Below are positions 37,625 to 47,423 of a DNA stretch of 64,000 bases, in pieces. The DNA is from Armatimonadota bacterium (GTDB taxonomy: Bacteria; Armatimonadota; HRBIN16). Where the stretch lies: positions 3,108 to 67,107 of the forward strand of contig JBMFOT010000006.1 in assembly GCA_049969495.1 (NCBI GenBank), given 5' to 3'. The number at the start of each line of letters is the position of its first letter. Within the stretch, counting starts at the first letter, position 1. The translations under genes and the position numbers were made by a program. The notes beneath the pieces were generated by a model that was not told the DNA's origin, did not search any database, and saw only the letters and a program-made list of their open reading frames with translations.

Positions 37625-38830
37625 TTACTCATCCCCGATCGCGCCGAAGTTTGCCACCAGGATGCCGAAATCGAACAGGGTCACTTCCTCATCTCCGTCG
37701 AGGTCGGCATCGGGGTTCCAGTTCTCATCACCGGGCATACTGCCGAAGGCGGCAACCAGCGCACCGAAGTCGAACAGGGTTACCTCGTTGTCGCCGTCGA
37801 TGTCGCCGTTTATCAGCGACACATCTACGCCCGTAACATCTGCACCGGCGACCACCACGCCCGGTACCACGACGCGCAACCAGTGGCTGGCTTTGAAGGC
37901 GATGTCATACGTGCCATCCGCCACGTCGATGATGGTATAGGAGCCGTCAGCGTTCAGGTTAATCTGCTCGGAGCGCACCACGTTGCCGTCCTGCCGCAGC
38001 GCCACATTAATCGGCACCTGCGTGATGTCACCGCCGAAGTCGGTGAGGGTCACGGTTCCACTAACGGAGAAGCTCGCAGGCAGAATGTTGTGTAACGCCG
38101 CCACGTACACGATGTCCGCGTCGAACCGGGTGTTGGGATAGGGCTGGTTGGGCGTTGCGGATTGAGGTCCTTGCAAAGGCACATAGCCGGCCCCGCCGCC
38201 AAGGATCACGTTACCCTGTCCGCTCGGATTATCCACGCGGTCGGCGTCGATGAGGTTGGCAATCATGATGGCGTCGATCGATTCTCCATCCTGCAGACCG
38301 AAGTCGCTGAGGTTGTACGCTGTGGCAAAGACGTTGTAGCCGGTAGTGAAGGAGTTAGCAAACTCGTAACGCCACTGGCTGAACTCGGTAGATCCCTTCT
38401 TGCGTACCGCCACCATGAACCCCTCTGGCGCACCCAGCGAACCGACCTCGTATACCACAAAGTCTTCGCCGGACAGGTTGGGCAGTCGCTTGCCCTCCCA
38501 GTCGACCAGAATGATTTTGCGCACGGTGGGATCGGTGACATGCCCCAGCTCCACAAAGCGCGCTCGTCCTGAGGGACTACCGTTCATGATCCATCCGATG
38601 CTCTTGGTGCGGTCGAAACTGGGCTGGTCATACAGAAAGTCGGAATCGTAGAAGCTAAAGCCACTCACATTATCGGGAAGCACCGGTAGCGCGCGCGTGG
38701 GGCTGTTCGCGAGGTCCCATGAGTAGCCACCTACCGTGAAGACCTGTGCTGTTACCGGCTGCGGAGTAGCGAGCAAAAGAGCTACCCCACACACCAGAGC
38801 GATGTGGAGATAGACGCTGGCGAAACGCAT
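37625..38830 (-). CDS. Secreted protein with C-terminal dockerin-like repeats
   Basis: Signal peptide MRFASVYLHIALVCGVALLLATPQPVTAQ. C-terminal DIDGDNEVTLFDFGALVAAFG...DLDGDEEVTLFDFGILVANFG matches the dockerin type I calcium-binding repeats. Confidence 0.7.
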   Translation of the reverse strand: MRFASVYLHIALVCGVALLLATPQPVTAQVFTVGGYSWDLANSPTRALPVLPDNVSGFSFYDSDFLYDQPSFDRTKSIGWIMNGSPSGRARFVELGHVTDPTVRKIILVDWEGKRLPNLSGEDFVVYEVGSLGAPEGFMVAVRKKGSTEFSQWRYEFANSFTTGYNVFATAYNLSDFGLQDGESIDAIMIANLIDADRVDNPSGQGNVILGGGAGYVPLQGPQSATPNQPYPNTRFDADIVYVAALHNILPASFSVSGTVTLTDFGGDITQVPINVALRQDGNVVRSEQINLNADGSYTIIDVADGTYDIAFKASHWLRVVVPGVVVAGADVTGVDVSLINGDIDGDNEVTLFDFGALVAAFGSMPGDENWNPDADLDGDEEVTLFDFGILVANFGAIGDE

Positions 38831-39034
38831 TTCGAGTACACCCTCCTTCCCAAGTAATTACGCGCGTGCCCTGCTAGAAGCCATGTAATACCGTAATACG
38901 GCAAAAATGGCTCTTTCGCCTGCTCTTTGCAAAACCTCTCCACTTTACTTAATATGCATCAACCGTACCAAAACCCTGCGTTTTTGCGGAAAGAAACGAA
39001 AATAACAGTAAAAATCCTCGATTAGAAAATGCTA

Positions 39035-40258
39035 TTACGATGTGTTGCTACAGATATTCTTGTGCCGCTTTACCAATTCCTTTACCGCCTCCAGCAAGCG
39101 GCATGCTACTTCGCGTTTGGTCATGAGAGGCAGGGGTTCCTGCCTACCATCCGCCCACAGGAAGGTCACGCGATTGGTATCGCGCCGGAAGCCGGAACCT
39201 TCCTGCGACACATCGTTCGCCACGATCATATCCAGGTTTTTCTCGCGCAATTTCGCCTGCGCGTTTTGTAGCAGCTCCTGTGTCTCCGCCGCGAAGCCCA
39301 CCAGAACACGTTTGCCCTTGCGTTCGCCCAGCGTGCGCAGGATGTCGGGGTTGGGCACAAGGCGAATCGTCCATTCCTTTTCACCTTTCTTGCGCTTACC
39401 CTGCCACACCTCGGCGGGACGGTAGTCGCTGACGGCGGCGGTAGCAACTACCACATCCATCTCATCATACACCTGCAAGCAAGCGTTCAGCATCTCCTGC
39501 GCGGTACGCACCCTGATTACCCTCACACCCGCAGGAGGCTCCAGCAGAGTGGGACCGGTTACCAGCGTGACCCCTGCCCCTTGTCGGACCGCCTCCTCCG
39601 CAACCGCATACCCCATCTTGCCCGAAGAGGGGTTCGAGATGTGACGCACCGCATCAATCGGCTCCTCGGTGGGACCGGCTGTGACCAGAATCTGCACGTC
39701 GCGCAGGGGCGGATTCAGCACCGTTTCCACCGTTGCGAGGATGGTAGGGGTATCCGCCAGCTTGCCTGCGCCCACGTCTCCACAGGCAAGCATTCCCTCT
39801 GCAGGATAAACGAAGGTTGCGCCACGCCCTTCCAGAATCTTTACATTGTGTTGTGTCGCGGGGTGCTGCCACATGACGGTGTTCATCGCCGGGGCGATCA
39901 CCATCTTCGCCTCCGTTGCCAGCGCGAGGGTGGTCAGTAAGTCGTCGGCGATACCTGCAGCCAGCTTCGCCAGAACGTTTGCGGTGGCAGGAGCTATCAG
40001 TAGCACGTCCGCCCGCTTCGCCAGGTGGATGTGTGCAATCTGTCGCTCTTCCGGCTCGTCAAAAAGGTCAACCAGCACCGGGCGGCGGGTGATGGCGCGG
40101 AAGGTCACTTCGGTAATAAAGCGGCGGGCATGTTCTGTCAATACCACGTCCACCTCTGCCCCTGCCTGTGTGAGCTTGGAGGCGATATCTGCCGCTTTGT
40201 ACGCTGCGATACTGCCCGTGACGCCCAGCAGGATATGTTTGCCCTCAAGCACCGACAT
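39035..40258 (-). CDS. coaBC: Bifunctional phosphopantothenoylcysteine decarboxylase / phosphopantothenate-cysteine ligase
   Basis: MSVLEGKHILLGVTGSIAAYKAADIASKL... (flavoprotein domain) plus a C-terminal DFP/CoaB domain (PTEEPIDAVRHISNPSSGKMG). Confidence 0.95.
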   Translation of the reverse strand: MSVLEGKHILLGVTGSIAAYKAADIASKLTQAGAEVDVVLTEHARRFITEVTFRAITRRPVLVDLFDEPEERQIAHIHLAKRADVLLIAPATANVLAKLAAGIADDLLTTLALATEAKMVIAPAMNTVMWQHPATQHNVKILEGRGATFVYPAEGMLACGDVGAGKLADTPTILATVETVLNPPLRDVQILVTAGPTEEPIDAVRHISNPSSGKMGYAVAEEAVRQGAGVTLVTGPTLLEPPAGVRVIRVRTAQEMLNACLQVYDEMDVVVATAAVSDYRPAEVWQGKRKKGEKEWTIRLVPNPDILRTLGERKGKRVLVGFAAETQELLQNAQAKLREKNLDMIVANDVSQEGSGFRRDTNRVTFLWADGRQEPLPLMTKREVACRLLEAVKELVKRHKNICSNTS

Positions 40259-40261
40259 GTT

Positions 40262-40867
40262 TCACTCCTTCGCAATGCGCGCACGCTCGGCGAGGATGAT
40301 GGCTCGTAACAGGTCTACCGCCTGCTCCAGGTCGTTGTTGGTCACCAGATAGTCGTAATACCGCATCGCTTGCATCTCCTGTTCGGCAATGCGCAGGCGG
40401 TGTTCTATCTGCTCCGGCGTATCCGTACCACGCGCCATTAACCGCTGGCGCAACGCCTCCATGCTGGGCGGCTGCACAAAGATAAGCACCGCATCGGGCA
40501 CGCGCCGGCGTACCTGCAAACCGCCCTGCACCTCAATCTTCAAAATAACGTCCAGTCCCTTCGCCAGCCACTCCTCCGCCAGATGGCGCGGTGTCCCATA
40601 GTACGCCTGGTTGTAGCGGACGTACTCCAGAAACTTGTCTTCCGCAATCCAGCGTTCAAACTCCTCTTCAGAGAGGAAAAGATAGTCCACGCCGTGCCGT
40701 TCGCCTGCGCGCGGGGGGCGCGTGGTGGCGGTCAGGCATTTCACAACGCCCGGCACCCGCCGAAGCAGAAGCTGTAGCAGGGTGTCTTTCCCTACACCAC
40801 TGGGACCGGAGAGCACGATAAGCTTAGCCATGTTCGCCGGAGCCTCTTTCACGCTCATAGATAGCAA
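40262..40867 (-). CDS. gmk: Guanylate kinase
   Basis: KLIVLSGPSGVGKDTL...TTRPPRAGERHGVDYLFLSEEEF. The true start may be the internal MAKLIV. Confidence 0.9.
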   Translation of the reverse strand: MLSMSVKEAPANMAKLIVLSGPSGVGKDTLLQLLLRRVPGVVKCLTATTRPPRAGERHGVDYLFLSEEEFERWIAEDKFLEYVRYNQAYYGTPRHLAEEWLAKGLDVILKIEVQGGLQVRRRVPDAVLIFVQPPSMEALRQRLMARGTDTPEQIEHRLRIAEQEMQAMRYYDYLVTNNDLEQAVDLLRAIILAERARIAKE

Positions 40868-41037
40868 TAAGATATAATTATCGCCTCTTGCAAAATCTGT
40901 TCGCGCAGCTCCTCTTCCTCAGTCTGTTCCCCGCGTGCGTAGGAGCCAAAGATGCCGATCTCTTTCACGCTGTACTTTTCGGCAAGCTCCGGTTTATGCT
41001 GTGCCAGGGTATCTTTCCACTCGCGAAGTGACTTCAT
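40855..41037 (-). pseudogene. Truncated nucleotidyltransferase (MNT-like) N-terminal fragment
   Basis: MKSLREWKDTLAQHKPELAEKYSVKEIGIFGSYARGEQTEEE carries the GS-x9-13 motif but lacks the D-x-D and the rest of the domain. Read-through runs into the gmk start. No HEPN partner is adjacent. Confidence 0.4.
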
Positions 41038-41175
41038 TGCCGGTTCTCCTGATAACGCCGTCGCACCTTCAGTATAGCACAACTCCACGCCCGACGCACG
41101 GGCAGCGCCGTCCTGCCACGCAGAAGCAGGGAACTTCCTTGCTATGCCGCCAGCCGAAACGAAAGCGACGAGCAG

Positions 41176-41514
41176 GTGCGTCAGCTGGTGCAATCGCTGA
41201 GCCGTCGTGCTCAGACGGTTCCCGTTCCCGACAACAGGGTGGCGACAACCCTTCAGCAGGCGGGGTGTGGGGTGCAGATAGAACCCGCTTCCCCTGAAAT
41301 CTGGGTAGCCCGCTATCGTCGTGACGGAGATTACCTGTATTGCCTGCTCAACCTCTCCCCTCAAGACAGGCGATGCACCCTGAACCTGCCCGATACGGTA
41401 CGCCGCGCCAGCCTGTGGCTGCCGGAAACGGGCGATGTGCGAGTTACCGAGGCAGAACGTGTCGCGCTGGAGCTACCAGCGCTGGGGTGTGTGCTGGTCT
41501 GGGGCGAAGTGTAA
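41176..41514 (+). pseudogene. 3'-terminal fragment of a glycoside-hydrolase-like gene (C-terminal beta-sandwich only)
   Basis: ...DGDYLYCLLNLSPQDRRCTLNLPD...LWLPETGDVRVTE...LELPALGCVLVWGEV resembles a GH C-terminal domain. No upstream in-frame catalytic domain exists. Confidence 0.35.
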
Positions 41515-41586
41515 AAAAGAGAGCCTGTCCATACAACAGGATAACCACCTTTGAAAGCGAACATTGCTTGTGAGGTGAATATAGGG

Positions 41587-42837
41587 ATGAGGAGTGTGTT
41601 ACCCAAAAGATTACCCATTGTGTGTATCGCGGGGCTGCTCTTCCTGCAGAATGCCACCCTCGCCGCACCGCTTCGGGTATTGTCCATCGTTGCCGGCAAT
41701 GGACATGAGGTGGCAACGCCCTCCGCGACCCTTTCATGGCTGCTAAAACGTCATGAGGAGATACAGTTCACCCTCAGCAGGGATGTGAACGCGCTCTCTC
41801 CGCAAGGCCTACAGGACATCGATGCAGTAGTGCTGTTTGCGCCGGGTATAGAATGGAACGAGGGGCAAAAACAGACTCTCCGGCAGTTTATCCAGCGTGG
41901 CGGCGGAGTGGTTTACCTGCATACCAATCCGGTCTCGCCTGCCGCTGAGGGAGCGGTGGGTAACGTAGTGGTTCAAATAGAGCAGCCGCGCCATCCGATA
42001 ATGCAGGGGGTATCTCCCTTTCAGATAAGCGATGCGCCCATCCAGAGCGAAGACAGTCAGCCTGCCGGAGTGCAGGTAATCGCCCGTCAGCGGAACGGTC
42101 AATCACTGGCATGGGCAGGACAGGCAGGCAAGGGAAGAGTGTTTATCACCGCTCTGGGGCACGCGCCTTCCGCGTGGAACCATCCTTATTTCCAGCAGAT
42201 GGTGCTGAATGCGGTATACTGGTGTGCCGGACGCAAACCGCCTCAACCACGTGCGCCACAGCCACCGAAAGGCTTCGTGTCGCTATTCAACGGGGTGAAT
42301 CTGGAGGGCTGGGGAGAGGTCGGTGCTCCCTGCTGGTCGGCGCGGGATGGGGTCATTGTATGCAGTGGTCTGAGCGAGAGCACCGGATGGTTGCGTTCCC
42401 ATCGGATGTATCGCAATTTTATCCTGCGACTAGAGTATCGCATCTCGCCGGGAGGAAACAGCGGTATCTTCCTGCGTGCGCCGCATTACGGCAGGAGCTC
42501 GCGTCTGGGCATGGAGCTGCAGATTCAGGACGACGGCACCAGCCCGCCCAGCAATACCTGCACTTCGGCGGTATACAGTGTGGTGACGCCACGCCTGAAC
42601 CCCGCCAGACCCGCTGGCGAATGGAATCGGGTGGAGATTACGCTGAAGGACAGGCATCTGCGGGTAGTGTGGAACGGTCATCTGGTGCACGATATTGACC
42701 TGGATGACCCCGCGCTCAGCGCGAACCTGCCTCGCACTCACCTGCTCTATCGCCGCCCGAACTGGGGCTACATCGGTTTACAGAACCATCGCTCTCTGGT
42801 GGAGTTTCGCAACATCTTCATCAAGGAGCTTCAGTAG
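41587..42837 (+). CDS. ThuA-like (class I glutamine amidotransferase-like) domain fused to a DUF1080 (3-keto-disaccharide hydrolase-like) domain; secreted
   Basis: Signal peptide MRSVLPKRLPIVCIAGLLFLQNATLAAP. ThuA region (VVYLHTN...ITALGHA). C-terminal DUF1080 (FNGVNLEGWGEVGAP...GIFLRAP...GLQNHRSLVEFRNIFIKEL). Confidence 0.75.
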   Translation: MRSVLPKRLPIVCIAGLLFLQNATLAAPLRVLSIVAGNGHEVATPSATLSWLLKRHEEIQFTLSRDVNALSPQGLQDIDAVVLFAPGIEWNEGQKQTLRQFIQRGGGVVYLHTNPVSPAAEGAVGNVVVQIEQPRHPIMQGVSPFQISDAPIQSEDSQPAGVQVIARQRNGQSLAWAGQAGKGRVFITALGHAPSAWNHPYFQQMVLNAVYWCAGRKPPQPRAPQPPKGFVSLFNGVNLEGWGEVGAPCWSARDGVIVCSGLSESTGWLRSHRMYRNFILRLEYRISPGGNSGIFLRAPHYGRSSRLGMELQIQDDGTSPPSNTCTSAVYSVVTPRLNPARPAGEWNRVEITLKDRHLRVVWNGHLVHDIDLDDPALSANLPRTHLLYRRPNWGYIGLQNHRSLVEFRNIFIKELQ

Positions 42838-44015
42838 GCGCGCTGAATCAGCTCGTTCCAGAGGGCGCGTTTGATGGCGTTAGACGCTTGCTCCGCCAGC
42901 TCCTGCATGCTCTTGCCGTGCAGGGCGGCGTCTTCAGGCTCAACGGTTAATATCGGGCTGTTGCGAGCCACGACGGTGCGCTTGTCACTGGATAGCCGGA
43001 TGTCAAACATCTGGATGCCGTCGTTCAACAGGCTATCCAGCCGCTCCCCGATTTGCCGGGCGCGTTCGGCGGAACTCTTGCCGTTGCTATCCGCAGGGGC
43101 GAACACCGGCACGCTGTCCAGATAGACCTCCGTCAGGCTACCGCTCTGTACGCTCTTCTCACGCAGTTCGACGGGCAGAATACGCGCCACCGCCCGACGG
43201 TTCACCGGGATGTTCAACTGCTTGAACAAGTTCAGCATTGCCTGCGCACGCTCTCGCGAAGGTGGGTGCGTGCGGAAGATGCCCAGCTGTCTTTCAGGGC
43301 GGCGTGCTTCGTCCCGCGCCAAACGCTCCATGAAGGTTAACATGCCTACCGGATTGTACTTCGTGCGCGTCAGGTAATAGATAGCCGCGTGGTCGGCGTC
43401 CATCTCCGCTTCCTGCGTGTAGCCGTTGAGTTTGGCTATCTGATATAGCTGCACGCCCATCATCACGTTGCTCAAATCGCGTGGGGGAGCGCCCGACAGC
43501 ACCAGCACCAGCAGCGCAGGCAGGGTAACCCGACGGTTAATCTTTTCGTTCTCCTGCCCCAGACGCAGCAGATGGTGATGGGATGCGTGCGCGATTTCGT
43601 GCGCTAATACCGCCGCCAGCTCGTGGTCGGATTGCACATAGTCCAGCAATCCTTTGTTCACATAGATAAAGCCGCCCGGCAGTGAGAAGGCGTTCACGTC
43701 CTTATCATCCACTACTTTGAACGTGTAGGTAAACTGAGATCGCTTGTTGATGCCCCAGGTGACGGGAATCTCCAGCGAGTTGGCGACCGCGGCAATCTCC
43801 TGCCCGATGCGATTGACACGCTCCACCAGCGCGGGGTCGGTGACCAGACGCAAGGTGCGCTCGATCTCTTGCACCGCTTCCCTGCCCATGCGCACTTCGG
43901 GGTCTTCCTCCGCTTTGGGTTGCGCGAGAACGCCAGCCGCCAGCCCGCTCAGCATCAAACTGGCCACGAGCACCGCAATGCAATGAATTCGCCGGAACAG
44001 CTTCGTATTCATCAT
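42831..44015 (-). CDS. M48-family zinc metallopeptidase with signal peptide
   Basis: HEXXH motif (LAHEIAHASHHH) plus downstream E (GYTQEAEMDAD). N-terminal signal MMNTKLFRRIHCIAVLVASLMLSGLAAG. Confidence 0.85.
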   Translation of the reverse strand: MMNTKLFRRIHCIAVLVASLMLSGLAAGVLAQPKAEEDPEVRMGREAVQEIERTLRLVTDPALVERVNRIGQEIAAVANSLEIPVTWGINKRSQFTYTFKVVDDKDVNAFSLPGGFIYVNKGLLDYVQSDHELAAVLAHEIAHASHHHLLRLGQENEKINRRVTLPALLVLVLSGAPPRDLSNVMMGVQLYQIAKLNGYTQEAEMDADHAAIYYLTRTKYNPVGMLTFMERLARDEARRPERQLGIFRTHPPSRERAQAMLNLFKQLNIPVNRRAVARILPVELREKSVQSGSLTEVYLDSVPVFAPADSNGKSSAERARQIGERLDSLLNDGIQMFDIRLSSDKRTVVARNSPILTVEPEDAALHGKSMQELAEQASNAIKRALWNELIQRAY

Positions 44016-44241
44016 ATGATAACCTCGTTTTGCACTCCATTCCATTATAACATACGGACAGCTCCTTGCTCACTATTCCCATCTACTCAGACGGCTGAGG
44101 GCGACGCACGGTTTCGCTGCGAGATGGCATAGCCGTGCCCCCTGTGCTATAATAAGCCATCCGTGCGTATGAAGGTGTGAACAAGCAGTAACGCGCGCAC
44201 ATTCACGGCTAAAGCCGTTCCTTCACAGATGAAGCCAGCCT

Positions 44242-45792
44242 TTGCTGGCTCAGGTAACACGAACAGATAAAATGCATCTTGCCGGATTGTCCTCGGCACA
44301 TAATAGCGAACAGATACAGCAAGCAACTCTTGCGCTACCAGCCGGGTTGTCTTTGCAGGAGATATATGCTCGTTTACCACTGCAGCAGTCAGGCACGGCG
44401 GTGCTGGACAGCGCGGTGGAGCCCTCACCAGCAGGCAAGACCCCCCTGGCACGCTACTGCATTGTGGCGCAGGAACCGTTCGGCATACTAGAAGGCACGA
44501 TGGATGGTGTGTGGTGGCATTCACCGGATGGTAGCCGGTTTATCGCGGGTAATCCCTTGCGGTTGCTACAGACCTTCCTGAGCAGATACCATTTGCCAGC
44601 TGCGAACTACGCCACTCCGTTGCCTGCCGGATGCATCGGCTTTCTGAACTACGGGCTTAAGGCTCTGGTGGAACCCTGCCCCAACCGCCTTCCCACACCC
44701 AACAGGTTACCGCTCTACTGGTTCGGCTTTTACGACTCGGTTGCCACGATAGACCTGCATCGTCGGGAGGTCATCTTGACCTCCTCTGGCTTCCCTGAAG
44801 AGGGCGACGCCGGGTTCCGGCGAGCGCAGGAAAGGCTCCTGAGGTTCGTTACACAGTGGCAGAGCGTCCTGGACGCACCGTTTGCCGTCTCTGCCCCCTC
44901 CTTCCACTGCGACGAGGCACAGGCGTACTGGAGCCGGCGCGAATACGCGCAGGCTCACCAGCGCATCAAGGACTACATCGCGGCAGGTGATGTGTACCAG
45001 GTCAACCTGGCACAGATGTTTCAGGCATCGTTTGGAGGCTCCCCCGCCGGACTGTTTTTGCGGGCGCGCACCATCAGCCCCGTGCCCTTCGGGGCGTACC
45101 TGCAAGCAAACGATTTCACCATCCTCAGCCTGTCACCAGAGCGGTTCCTGCATGTATGCCCCCTCACTCACCGCGTGCACACGCGCCCCATCAAAGGCAC
45201 ACGCCCACGGGGCAAAAACGTCGGCGAGGACCTGCAATATGCGGACGGGTTACTGCGTAGCTCCAAAGACCACGCGGAACACATCATGATTGTGGACCTG
45301 GAGCGCAACGACCTGGGGCGTGTGGCGCGAACAGACAGTGTAGAGGTCACAGAGTTCATGGTGCTGGAAGGTTTTGCACGGGTGTACCACCTCACCAGCA
45401 CGGTGGAAGCGGTTTTGCGTCCCGAGGTGGACATAGCGACCTTACTGCGAGCAACATTCCCCGGCGGCAGTATCACCGGCGCGCCCAAGATACGTGCTAT
45501 GCAGATTATCGAGGAGGTGGAACCGGTCGCCCGCGAGGTGTACACCGGCTCCATCGGCTATATCGGCTTTCACGGGAGCGTGGATTTGAACGTCGCCATT
45601 CGTACCGCAGTAGTACGCGACGGGAAGATTACCTTCTATGCAGGCGGAGGCATTGTCGCCGATTCGGACGCCGAGCAGGAGTACGAGGAGACGCTGGTCA
45701 AAGCGGAGGGGTGGTTTCAGGCAATCCGTACACTGCAGAAAGAGGAAGCGCATGAGCAGATGGGCATGGTGCAACGGTCAGCTATGCGCTGA
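44242..45792 (+). CDS. pabB: Aminodeoxychorismate synthase component I
   Basis: Chorismate-binding domain (HIMIVDLERNDLGRVARTDSV...FPGGSITGAPKIRAMQIIEEVE...YTGSIGYIGFHGSVDLNVAIRT). Adjacent to a class IV aminotransferase (pabC). Confidence 0.85.
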   Translation: MLAQVTRTDKMHLAGLSSAHNSEQIQQATLALPAGLSLQEIYARLPLQQSGTAVLDSAVEPSPAGKTPLARYCIVAQEPFGILEGTMDGVWWHSPDGSRFIAGNPLRLLQTFLSRYHLPAANYATPLPAGCIGFLNYGLKALVEPCPNRLPTPNRLPLYWFGFYDSVATIDLHRREVILTSSGFPEEGDAGFRRAQERLLRFVTQWQSVLDAPFAVSAPSFHCDEAQAYWSRREYAQAHQRIKDYIAAGDVYQVNLAQMFQASFGGSPAGLFLRARTISPVPFGAYLQANDFTILSLSPERFLHVCPLTHRVHTRPIKGTRPRGKNVGEDLQYADGLLRSSKDHAEHIMIVDLERNDLGRVARTDSVEVTEFMVLEGFARVYHLTSTVEAVLRPEVDIATLLRATFPGGSITGAPKIRAMQIIEEVEPVAREVYTGSIGYIGFHGSVDLNVAIRTAVVRDGKITFYAGGGIVADSDAEQEYEETLVKAEGWFQAIRTLQKEEAHEQMGMVQRSAMR

Positions 45793-46624
45793 AAGCGAGA
45801 TTCTCTTGCCGGTGCGTGATACAGCGGCGTTGTATGGCGCATCGCTATTCGAAACCCTGCGCTGCTATGGCGGGCATCCGTTTCGCCTCGAACAGCACCT
45901 GCAACGACTGAGAGGCTGGATGAATCGACTGCATCTGTTTGCAGGCGCGCGAGGGAGGGCAGACCTCGAAACACCGGTAGTTCAACACGCCATTGCCAGC
46001 CTGCTGGAGGCAAACGGTTTGCTTGGCGGGGACGCTCGCCTGCGCCTCACGGTGACCGCTGGCTCGGAGGAGATCCCGCCATCCTGTTTCATACTGGCGG
46101 AGCGTATCAGCCCGGAGCAAATCGCGAAGTGGCAGGCTGGCATCACTGCGGTGCTGTTGCCCGACCCACGCGGAGTAATAAGAGGAGAACAGCCTAAATG
46201 GGGTAATTACGCCTGGCATATTGAGGCGCAACTGCTGGCGAAGACGCAGGGAGCAGACGAGGCGATATGGTTCAACCGCGAAGGCTATGTAACCGAAGGC
46301 GCCTTCAGCAATGTGTTCGTATGGTACGGAGAATGCCTGCTGACTCCGCCGCTGGAGGAAGGTGTTCTGGCAGGCATCACGCGACAGGTGGTGTTCGAAA
46401 TAGCCACGCAGCTGGGCGTAGATTGTCGTGAAGAGCGCATTCCCGCCAGCTTGCTGCCTCACGCGCAGGCGATATTCCTGACCAGCTCGGTGCGCGAGAT
46501 TGTGCCGGTTGTTCGTCTGGACAGGGCGTCGCTTCCCGTACACCCGGTTGTTGAATGCCTGCACAGCACATATCAGGAGCAAGTCAAGAACGAAAAGCGA
46601 GATTCTTCGCTCTGCCCAGAATGA
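45752..46624 (+). CDS. pabC: Aminodeoxychorismate lyase (class IV aminotransferase)
   Basis: MSRWAWCNGQLCAESEILLPVRDTAALYGASLFETLR... shows the class IV PLP fold. Overlaps pabB by 41 nt. The start could be slightly downstream. Confidence 0.8.
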   Translation: MSRWAWCNGQLCAESEILLPVRDTAALYGASLFETLRCYGGHPFRLEQHLQRLRGWMNRLHLFAGARGRADLETPVVQHAIASLLEANGLLGGDARLRLTVTAGSEEIPPSCFILAERISPEQIAKWQAGITAVLLPDPRGVIRGEQPKWGNYAWHIEAQLLAKTQGADEAIWFNREGYVTEGAFSNVFVWYGECLLTPPLEEGVLAGITRQVVFEIATQLGVDCREERIPASLLPHAQAIFLTSSVREIVPVVRLDRASLPVHPVVECLHSTYQEQVKNEKRDSSLCPE

Positions 46625-46706
46625 CAGGGTTGTTGGAAGCGACAGATACCCTTATAATCGCGCTGAACAGACTATTGGAGATGACCACCGGGTAGAATCA
46701 ACTCAC

Positions 46707-47351
46707 TCAATACGCCAACCCTCTATCGTACGAGCGCAACAGCCCAATCACCTTGCCAATCACACGCATTTCTTCCGGGCGTACCTCGATCGGCTCGTAT
46801 GCGGGATTCGCCGGAAGCAGGCGTACCTTGCCGTTGCCGTACTGGATGCGCTTAATGGTGGCTTCATCCCCGATGAGCACCGCGACTAGTTCGCCGTTTT
46901 CAGCCGTGTTCTGCGGCTTGATAATGACCAGGTCACGAGGCAAGATATGCTCGCCCACCATCGAGTCGCCCCGCACCCTTAGCAGGAACGCGCCCTCGAT
47001 ATTATGCACCATCTCGCGCGGTACCGGTACCAGCGCCTCGATGTTCTGCGATGCCAGCACCGGCGTACCTGCGGCGATTGTACCTATCAGCGGCAGCATC
47101 GCCACGTCGGGCGAGCTCTCCAGATGCTGCACAAACTCGGGATGCACCACGCGGATGCTGCGGCTTTTGTGCTCGCGCTCGATGTAGCCCTTGCGCTGCA
47201 GAGCATCCAGATGCACCGTTACCCCGCGCAGGCTGGAGATGCCGAACTGGTTGCCAATCTCGCGAATGGTGGGCGGATAGCCATTCTCTCGTGTGTAGTG
47301 CAGAATAAAGCGGAGAATCATCTCCTGTTTATGGGTCAGTCCTCGTGTCAT
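46707..47351 (-). CDS. lexA: LexA repressor
   Basis: N-terminal wHTH (MTRGLTHKQEMILRFILHYTRENGYPPTIREIG). Cleavage site and protease domain (GTIAAGTPV...VRGDSMVG...ELVAVLIGDEATIKRI). GGAGGGA SD. Confidence 0.95.
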   Translation of the reverse strand: MTRGLTHKQEMILRFILHYTRENGYPPTIREIGNQFGISSLRGVTVHLDALQRKGYIEREHKSRSIRVVHPEFVQHLESSPDVAMLPLIGTIAAGTPVLASQNIEALVPVPREMVHNIEGAFLLRVRGDSMVGEHILPRDLVIIKPQNTAENGELVAVLIGDEATIKRIQYGNGKVRLLPANPAYEPIEVRPEEMRVIGKVIGLLRSYDRGLAY

Positions 47352-47370
47352 CGTCCTCCCTCCCCCAAAA

Positions 47371-47391
47371 TACTATACGAAGTATATACTA
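47371..47391. promoter_or_regulatory. Candidate SOS (LexA) operator: overlapping palindromes TATAC-GAA-GTATA and AGTATATACT
   Basis: Perfect dyads 20-40 bp upstream of the lexA start codon, read directly from the sequence. The box consensus for this lineage is unknown. Confidence 0.4.
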
Positions 47392-47423
47392 CAATTGGTC
47401 TACTTGTCAAGGGTTTCGAATGG

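Noticed and set aside
40935-41297. 120-aa plus-strand ORF
   Set aside because: It is Arg/Ser/Pro-rich with no motifs, and it overlaps the MNT-like fragment on the other strand in a decayed region.
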